NCBI RefSeq assembly: GCF_006345805.1
Contig: NC_042997.1
Span: forward strand, 50,654,001 to 50,718,000
Length of the DNA: 64,000 bases
Origin: Octopus sinensis
Lineage: Eukaryota
Direction of reading: 5' to 3'
Each line of letters starts with the position of its first letter. Positions within the stretch are counted from its first letter, which is position 1. Of this stretch, positions 55,082 through 64,000 are shown one piece after another. The position numbers and the translations under genes were made by a program. A model generated the notes under the pieces. It was not told the DNA's origin, made no database searches, and saw only the letters and a program-made list of their open reading frames with translations.

Positions 55082-55392
55082 TACCGGTCAAGTAGTGTAG
55101 AGCGACTGACCTCCCTTGTTCGAAGGTTATATGGATACAGTTTGTGTATCAAATAGCTAACTTAAGGCGATGGCCTCATGGAGCTAATAAGCGGACAGCT
55201 TTATTCTTATTTTTATAAGAATGCCATATTAGTATGGCGATAACTATTATTTTCCGGGAACGCTGCCGTTGTTCTCTTTTAGAGAGACTTAGTAATTTTA
55301 ATATTTCTATATATGTATATATACATACTTTTGTACATTTCAGCTCTAAGGTTGTGGCCTTGCTGAGACACCACCAGTGGATATATATATAT

Positions 55393-55645
55393 TATATTAA
55401 ATTAGAGACAAAACCACAATTAGGCAAATCAAACAATGAAAAACTTAAGCCAATACATAAGATTATTTAATTTATATTATTTAAATATATAACAAAATTA
55501 TTTAAAAAATATGATTAATATCACACTACGATCGTTTCATGCCTGCTAACTTCTTCAAATTTTTGAGTCGCAGTCATTCATCAGGTGGTTTAAATACTTA
55601 TCTTGATTTGCCTAATAGTGGTTTTGTCTCTAATTTAATATAATA
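55393..55645. repeat. Inverted repeats enclosing a hammerhead
   Basis: TAAATTAGAGACAAAACCACAATTAGGCAAATCA (55398-55431) versus its near reverse complement at 55605-55638. Confidence 0.8.
55524..55587 (-). ncRNA. Minimal type-I hammerhead ribozyme (Penelope type), intact core
   Basis: Minus strand: CAC-CUGAUGA-AUG(A)CUGC...GCAG(G)CAU-GAAA-C(GAUC)G-UA-GUG. Confidence 0.85.
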
Positions 55646-55749
55646 TAATATTTTACTATAAAATTGGATTCAACCCTAAATCTGATTTTCCCTGTAAGTT
55701 TGGATTTATTCCCTAATATTTATTATTATATATATATATAATATATATA

Positions 55750-55835
<86 letters not shown>

Positions 55836-55839
55836 TATA

Positions 55840-56278
55840 TACATACGGGGGGGGGATGATTGTGTATAGAAGAATATATTAATAAAAGGAATTCCAACCT
55901 TGTCTGATAAAATAGTAGAATGTTAAATGTTCATTCTGATTGAACTAGTACTTTCATGCATTAAATTATGTAATCTTTAGTGTTCATGTAGTGGTGGTGA
56001 CACTCATGCTTCACAATTTTTGACTGTCAAAAATTGTGAAGCATGAGTGTCACCACTACTACATGAACCTGAAGATTACAGAATTAATGCATGAAAGTAC
56101 TAGTTCAATCAGAATGAACATTTAAAATTCTACTATTTTATTTTATTTTATTATATTATATTATATTATATTATATCATTATAAGATTGTAAATAAAACG
56201 TGAAAATCAGACAAGGTTGGAATTCCTTTTATTAATATATTCTTCTATACACAATCACCCCCCACCCCCCGTATGTAT
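55840..56278. repeat. Long palindrome centred at 56025
   Basis: ...CACAATTTTTGAC-T-GTCAAAAATTGTG...; arms ~185 bp; right arm carries an extra ~65 bp. Confidence 0.9.
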
Positions 56279-57199
56279 ATGCGTGTCTCGTGTCTAACCG
56301 ACTTATAAGCTGTTCGAAGTATAAATATACTGGAATCGATATAAATCTACAGAACAAACTGTGTGTTTCTACATGCAAGGTGGCCTGAAAATAGTTCAGC
56401 GGGAAATGCATTTGAGTGAATAAGTCCATTTACAAGTCTAAATATTGCTTCTGAAATGTTTATTAATGCGTTGCGGCAGGTGAACTTACCACCTAATACG
56501 GATAATTCAAATATCTCTCAAGTTTCACTAAATTTTAATATCTTTTAACTTGACTGTCACGATTGTATTATATCTGGACAAATTTGGGTCGCCCTCGTCA
56601 TTTCAGTTTTAGCTGATGACGCGGTTAGTTGATCATTTTACAGGGCCAAATTTTATGCAGAGAAGTGATACTTGTTACGGTGAAGGATATATTAGTTCCG
56701 GTATATTTATAGTTTGAACTATTTTGAAGTAATTAGACAATATATATTATAGGCATAACACTAAAAAAATATTCTGTTGTGTCTAAGGAGAGTAATTTTA
56801 TTTTTGTGCCTAATAATGTAACACACTCACCGGTAAAATTTCCACTTTTTTCTTATTTTTATTTTCCGAAAATTTTCGTTGCGTCTTGCTACCTTTTCAA
56901 TAGTTTTGACACAAAAAAGAAAATGATTCTCCCCAGACACAACAGAACATGCTTCATCACACGAACTCATATAAAGAATCTTGCAAACCAAATCCAAAAA
57001 CGAAACTAAAAATGTAATAACTTAGTCTTATCAAACGGTCACGTAGTTTCCTGCTTCAATATTTAATTTCTAATGTATTTTAACAAATGCCTACATATGT
57101 GCATTTATGGGACTGAACCCAGAAGCATGTGGTTGGGAAACAAGCTTCTTACCACACAGCCACGCCTGCGCCCATAGCTATGGCTGCGCTTATACAATG

Positions 57200-57280
<81 letters not shown>

Positions 57281-57281
<1 letters not shown>

Positions 57282-57800
57282 CTTTATATATATAAAACTG
57301 AGAATGTGTGTCTGTCTGTCTGTCTGTGTGTTTCCCTAAAACTTGAGAACTACACAACCAATTTCATTCAAATTTTACACATGCCTTACTTAGGGTCCAT
57401 GTAGTTTCATTGGCAAAAAAAAATGTTCAGTTTCTTGCCTAGGGCGAGCCCATAGCAATATCATATCTTCTCCACTATTTCAGTATTACGTGTTAAAAGT
57501 GAAACAAAAACATTTCTCTATTTTATGTCAGATACTTTCACTTTAACAATAAAAATAATAATAACAATCGAATTATATGTAGTAAGTAATAATTAAAATC
57601 AACCTAAAGTATAATATAATCGTAACATAACAAAAGTAAAAATAGCAATTGGTATAAAATTGCATCAATGCCTTGAACTTGAATAAGTGGTTTCACATAA
57701 ATGGGAATAAATTAAAAATAAAATTAGCGTACAGAAATGGAATAGTCCAGATGGATAATAAAAAATTAAATTAAAGAAAAGACTATTGTCTATAAAGTAT
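57281..57800 (+). mobile_element. Helitron-type 5' portion
   Basis: TCTTTATATATATAAAA...TGTCTGTC start like 30532; 3' CTAG end not seen. Confidence 0.5.
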
Positions 57801-57817
57801 ACAATGTAGAGAAAAAA

Positions 57818-59492
57818 GGTCGCGTTTTTTTGCGCTCTGTAAAATTCGGTTAAAAAAGAAAAACAACAAAAAGTGAATTGTGGTTGCGGAATTGGAACGT
57901 CGGTTGGTGCGGTTTCGCGTCGCACTGGTTCTGTGCGTCGCACGTTTTCTGTTCGGGAGGCCGTTTTTCGGTCTGAGGCGACTATGAGCCGCCTCTACCA
58001 AACGGATGAGATGGAAGGGAGAAATTTCTCTGAAAATTCGTCGACATCTGAGGAGGAGTTGGCGCTGAAAAAAATGGAAAGCACCTATGCAGGTATAACG
58101 AAGAAGTCAACAGAAAAAGAGATAGACCTGGCTAAGTTGACGGACTTCCAGGAGTTCATGAAGGAGGAGGAGAACGGAGAGGTTGAGCTGCTGCCTCCAG
58201 CAGGGCGCGGAGACTGGTTCCATCGTAGAACCATTAAATATAAAGTATTTATGAATGGAGGTAGAAAAATGGAAGTGTTTAACATGGAAGCAATTGAAGA
58301 GGCTTTCAAACGGACAGGAGAAGAAATTGTGTACATGACAAAAGGATTAGAATATGGAACCATAACGGTACAATTTAAAAGTGAGAAAGCAGCCAGGAAT
58401 ATAGCAGCCAAGGTGGTGAGTACAGAAAAGTTTTACTTGTTCCCCTCGTATTTGAATAGAAGGACCACCAGAATTAGGGTGGAAGGAATACCTCCACACC
58501 TAGAGGGCGAATTAATAACGGCTGCGGTTATCAAAGGAATGAAGATAAAGTGGACATCCTCCACGCCATTATGAAATATGAAGGCGTGAGAGGTGCCACA
58601 CTAGTAATGAACATACAGACGGAGGCGGAAGTTATAGAAAAGCTAACGGACAGTATAAAAACTGGAAATATTATTATGAGAGTGTGGGTGGAGGGTAGGG
58701 CGCCCAGGTGCTACAAGTGTGGCATGAGGGGTCACATAAGAGCCTACTGCCCTCCACCACTAAAGGAAAAAGAAAAGGAATCGTCGCGGAAGCCCCAAAA
58801 GAGGAAGAAACCAAAGAGAACCAAAGGGAAAAAGAAACGACAGAAGAAGAGGAGATGCAACAAGAGTGGGAAGAAGGAAGAAAAAAGAGAAAAAGAAAGA
58901 AAAAGAAAACTGTGCGAAGCCCCAACCCACCCCAACACCACCCGCACCCTCTGAATCCCACCCTTCCCCTGCAGACAGTGAACCCACCCGCTCCCCTCCA
59001 ACAAGAAAACAAAAGAAAAATAACAATACAGACAGACAAGAGTTTGAAAACGAACCCAGGCCGAACATTTATATTGTGACTGAACAGAAAGAGGTTGAAA
59101 GGGTAATGGAGGAGTATGAATGGTATGAAATGGATGGGACCAGATATGCAGTGCTGGAAAAGAAGAATATAGATGAGTTTGTGTTGAGGTGTGAAAGGGA
59201 GAATTGGGAGGTGAAAGGTACAAGAATGAGCGATGAATTCGTGGAATATATGGAGGACAGTTTCGGAGTAAGAATGGATATGGATGGTCTTCGTATTGGG
59301 AATGAACATTCAGGTGACAGTGAAAACAAAAGGACAGGTAAGTGATGCTGGCGGAGGGGGCCGTTAGCATCGCTTTCATATTATCATTTTTTCATTTTCA
59401 TTTGCTCATAAATTTAATCATATTGTTCTATGTCCCCCATGTTTTGTTATGTCCGCCATTCTTCGTAGCCCCTGGTGGGTAATAAAGAAATA
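57818..59492 (+). mobile_element. ORF1-only (no EN/RT) Tx1-related element, apparently full length
   Basis: CpG-rich leader, frameshifted ORF1, pyrimidine-rich tract, then GTAGCCCCTGGTGGGTAATAAAGAAA matching the Tx1 3' end. Confidence 0.8.
57984..59345 (+). pseudogene. ORF1 protein (RRM-like, CCHC knuckle, acidic/basic tract, C-terminal domain) with about three frameshifts
   Basis: ORFs 57873-58574, 58550-58954 (EGRAPRCYKCGMRGHIRAYC), 58708-59079, 58866-59345. Confidence 0.75.
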
Positions 59493-59680
59493 ACATGGAG
59501 GAAAGCACCTTCGAAAAGTGTCTTGGTGCGACTATGAAAGATATCTAATCAGAGGCGGTAAATTCGCCACAATAGAAGCAAGGTTCGAGTCAATGGAGTG
59601 TGCAAGGGAGTACTCGACTCGAACGTGCAAAGTAGAAATATTTTATTTTTACCTTTATATCTGGGATGTAGGACGTCTCG
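59493..59680 (+). mobile_element. Fragment of another ORF1 variant
   Basis: YLIRGGKFATIEARFESMECAREYSTR aligns by eye with YMTKGLEYGTITVQFKSEKAARNIAAK. Confidence 0.6.
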
Positions 59681-59819
59681 GAAAAATGGGTCGATTCATT
59701 TGGCAAAAAACTCCTTCAAGATGGTTATCCAGCATGGGCTGCAATCCAATGACTGAAACAAGTGAAGAGTAAAACGGAAAAGGTTAAAAGAAAAGCAATA
59801 AAAGATAAGACACGTATGT

Positions 59820-60080
59820 AGTTATTCGGTTGTATTTCAATATTTCTTGCCAATAGAGAAAGAGCCAGGTTCCAACCTAGATCAAAGGCCCCTTCATTGG
59901 AATTTCAACAGCAACAACAGGATATTTTTGTTTGTATGTATGCATGTATGTTTGTATGTATGTATGTATGTATGTATGTATGTATGTATTTATGTATGTA
60001 TGTATTATGTATGTATATGTGCAGATTTGTATGTTTTATGTATGTATTCTCATGCATAGAGTTGCATATCTAAACATACT
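59820..60080 (-). mobile_element. 3' UTR of the R4/Dong-type LINE, uninterrupted
   Basis: Homologous to 21295-21432 joined to 21991-22110. Confidence 0.8.
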
Positions 60081-60159
60081 TATGTATGTATGCATTTATG
60101 TATGTATGGATGAATGTAAGTATGTATGTGTATATGTGTGCCTGTGTATCTGTGTGTGA

Positions 60160-61845
60160 AGTCCATGCCGGAGCACCACCTTTTGGTACTTTTGGGTCTC
60201 CCTTCTGTACAGTTTTTGATGAAGCAGCGAATTGGACGGAGTTGCTCTTCGTTGTGGCACCTACTCGATGTAGGTTCATCTGAGATTTCAGACAGAATCC
60301 TTTTCAGGCGTTTTCTGAAGGTTTCCATACCGACACCTCACAAATCTCTGAAGTTGTTTGGCAGGTGTTAAACAGTTCTGGTCCCCTGAAACCCAAGCCG
60401 TTACGATACTGGGTTCTTATCCGAGATGAAGACAGTATCTTTGGTATTGCGCAGTGCCGTCCAGTTCGGTGGCTTGTATAGCTTTTTATTCCAACGTTGG
60501 GAGCTAAACCTCCCAGGATCTTCTATATGTCTATCACTGCATACCTTTCTCACCTTGTCTCCAGAAAGTAGTTTCAGTTCTTGTAGGCCCTCCCTGTAGC
60601 TCATCTGTTTCACCGAGTCAATCCTCTTTGTGTAGTAACGTTAGATTACCTCAAGTTCTGCCACCAATTTAACGCCCTGCGGCGACCACAGTGTTGACAT
60701 CTTGGTAATATCTATATGGAACGTTGCATCACTATTCCTGTGGATTCCCAGATCATGCACCAATTCTATCTCTGGAATTTCACTGCCCCTTGGTCCCATG
60801 TATTCCAATTGTTGTCTGTCTGTGGGCCGATAACGGAGTGCTTGAAACTTATCAGCAATGAACTGTATGTTATTTCAATCAGTCTATTTGTATATTGCAT
60901 GCAGGTCGTTTTGCAGTTTTTGTATGTCATCAGATTCCTTGGTGAGAGTGGCTGACTGTTCGACAGAGGGAATGTCTGAGAGAGCCTCTACAAACAGTTG
61001 TGGTCCCAGTACAGTTACCTGAGGGACTCCGCTGCTGGACCCCGCTACGTGACTCCGCTGAGGGACTCCTCACCGGATTGATGACTTCCCAGAGAGAGCA
61101 CCATTGGCTGCGACTGCCTGACTTCTGTCTTTTAAAATGTCGTCCAGCTACACTCCCAGTTTTCCAGTGATACCAAAGTAACGTAGTTTGTGACATATTA
61201 TCCTATGATCAACTTTGTCAAAGGCCTTGGCAAAGTAGTTGAGCTGCTGTTTCAGTACGCAATCGTAATGTTGTAATAGCTATGTAAGGCAGCTCCTCCT
61301 TGGGCGGAAACTATATTGTGCTTGTGTCCAGGAATGTGTTCAGTCTCCTTCTGACAATTTGTTCCATGACTTTGCCAACATATAAGGTGAGAGGGATTGG
61401 CCTGTAATTTTTAGCTTCTTCTCTTCTTCTTCCTTTATGAACAGGGCATATAATCCCCTCTTTTAACAGTTTTAATTTCCACGTGCAGGGAAACTCATAC
61501 AAAGTATCTGCAGTAGTTTTACGAGAACATTGGTGCATGTTTTTCGGAGAGCAACCGGAAATCCATCCGGGCTCGTTGCTGAGTTTGAGCTCATCTTATC
61601 AATGGCCGATATTGCATCTTCCTCTTTTACGTCGATGTAATCGATAATTGCATTTTTCCCTTTTACGTCTGCACTGTGTTGAAAAGCTCTTTAGGCTTGC
61701 TTACTTGCCTGTTTTCCAGTTGAGAGGTTAAGATGCTCTGGAATTGCTTAATAAGTATTTCACTTACCCTTTTGGGGTCTGCAGTCAGTTAGCCGTCTTC
61801 AAACAGTGGCCCTATCTTGTAATGCACTGAGGCAGACTTTTCGCG
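60160..61845 (-). mobile_element. Degenerate CR1-group LINE ORF2 fragment
   Basis: ICPVHKG...NYRPIPLT, FAKAFDKVDH, SGVQQRSPSG(TV), FRKRLKRILSEISDEP. Confidence 0.8.
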
Positions 61846-61846
61846 A

Positions 61847-61942
<96 letters not shown>

Positions 61943-62003
61943 AGAGAGAGAATGAGAGAGAGAGAGAGATAGCTAGATATACACTCATGCTCATGTCTAC
62001 ATC

Positions 62004-62034
<31 letters not shown>

Positions 62035-64000
62035 GTGCGCGTGTGTGTGTGTGTGGTGTGTGTGTGTGTGTGTGTAGTTGTCGTTTTCCCGAACGTAATC
62101 TTGCTATGGTTTGGTCATAAAAATTACTGAGTGTACTTTACTGAGACTGAGATCAGTGCTGGTATTTGGAGATGTATGCTGAATATAGCCAATGTACTGT
62201 ATTTTATTGATCTATGAGAAATGAAACAAAGTTTTCGGCGAAATTCGATCTCAAAATGGAAGACAGCGAGACGAAATACATTATGACACTTTGTATGGCG
62301 CCTTGCCCTTACTTTTAACTTACTAAACAAATAGTTTTTATTTCATCCAGAGCCTAAAGTATTTACATTTGCGCACATATTTCTCAATGTAATATGCCAT
62401 GATAGAATAACCATTAGTTTCACCATTGATTATTTTATCATGAAATAGCAGTAGCCAGTCTACACGTAAATAATGGTTATAAACGGCATTTTATATTTGG
62501 TGTCATTGACAGGAATATAGCCTCATCTGTCGCCTAACTTTGAATTATAATAAGTTTATTAGTTCTTGCTTGAATATACATCCCATCCAGCAGGATCCAA
62601 TTGCAAAATTCGAACGAAATATTGAATTATTAAATAGACACGAGAAAAATTAAGGATAGAAGTGGTAACAAAGGCAGTTTGTTGTTTATGATTTACATAA
62701 GAGCATTAGCTAACATTCTTTATGTATAAAATTCCAGAAATTTTTAAGAGAAAAGTATAATCGAATTAGGTTAAATTGAAAATGGCGCTTGGTAGTTATT
62801 TTAAAGAAACCAGAACAATAAAATGCGAAATTGAGTAAGTAGAGTTTGAACTCAAAAATTCTGATGGGGAAAATATTACTATGAGGCAGTTTGTTCGGAG
62901 CTCTAGTGTTTCTGCCCCTGTACTGACTGAATTCAAACTAGATACTGATCCCGTTACAGAATAAACAAAGAATCTGTACCTCTGGTGGAAGGTAACCGTG
63001 AAATAGTTTTTACTGCTCAAGATCTTATCCCCTACACTACAGAGCTCACTAAGTTTGCTATTTTCTTTTGGCAGGGAACGAGCATGCATTTTCAAGGAGA
63101 ACAAACAAAAATAATTTGGAAGTTGTGTTATTCATTTCTTAGCAGTTTTAATGAAGTGAAAGGTTAAGGGTAGACTTTAAATCTTTATTTCAGATTCTAT
63201 ATGTCGAAATTTAATTCTGCTTTCGAGTTCAAACAAAATTTTAACTGTTCGTATTTAAGACTGTAAATATGTTAAGAAGCAATATTGTCGATTAAAACTA
63301 TCATTAAATGTTAGTGAATATATTCATATATTACTATATTGGTCTCATTGAGATGAAATGAAAAACCATCGTAGACGAGTGTTGGACTGAGAACGAAGGA
63401 CGACGAAACTAATTATTCCAGGTTTTCCGATCATCGCCTTATCATTTTTGCCACGCTTTAATCTGAATGGATTAACCAATTTCTAATTAATGCCCTTATT
63501 TGTTTATATAGGTTCCAATTTGATAGGAGAGCATATAATAAACTGGTATACATATAAACTTTCAATACTTCTTATCCAGCCAAAGAAGAGACCCGTATTT
63601 TCGTTATCCTTTAAAAAATATAAAATGCCAATAGAGAAACTATAGATTTCTGAGTATTTTTGAATAATTTTGTTTGTTTTTTGTCTTGTTTTTTTTTTTA
63701 AGTTTTTTTTTATTGCCGACCTTATGCGTTTTCGTTGTTCGATTTTCATTGTTTTTTCTTGTTTTTTTTTGTTTCTTTTTTATTTCTTACTCTACTGCAA
63801 GGAACAGAAAATATTTTGTGCTATGTTCAAAAGTCTCGCACGCCTCATAACTTTCCGTCGGTGAGCTTTACTTTTTATTCAGAATTCAGTTACAACTACA
63901 TATTTTAATTAAGATAAAATGTTGCTTCAAGAAAAGAGTCTGTGTATCGATTTCAAAAAGCATAAGTGGTTGGAATACCAGCTTTTAAATGTCGTTGAAT

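Noticed and set aside
58674-59379. Two 211-aa minus-strand ORFs
   Set aside because: Antisense shadows of the purine-rich ORF1

Overview
AT-rich, repeat-saturated eukaryotic DNA; the SINE families and microsatellite load suggest a cephalopod such as Octopus (inference). I find no intact host protein-coding gene. The window holds tRNA-derived SINEs, CR1/L2-type and R4/Dong-type LINE fragments, mariner, hAT and hATm remnants, Helitron-type elements and many simple repeats. Three things stand out. (1) A full-length ~6.2 kb Tx1/L1-clade retrotransposon (43502-49675, minus) and four 5'-truncated relatives all lie in one orientation inside (GATA)n, suggesting microsatellite targeting. (2) Two ORF1-only, RT-less elements (57818-59492 and 22471-23682) share the Tx1 ORF1 architecture and its 3' hairpin + AATAAA-type terminus, making them candidate non-autonomous 'half-Tx1' partners. 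(3) Several minimal type-I hammerhead ribozyme motifs of Penelope type occur, two essentially intact and several near foldbacks. There is also a U2 snRNA 5' fragment and a candidate NRF1/ETS promoter. All alignments and folds were done by eye, so boundaries are approximate.
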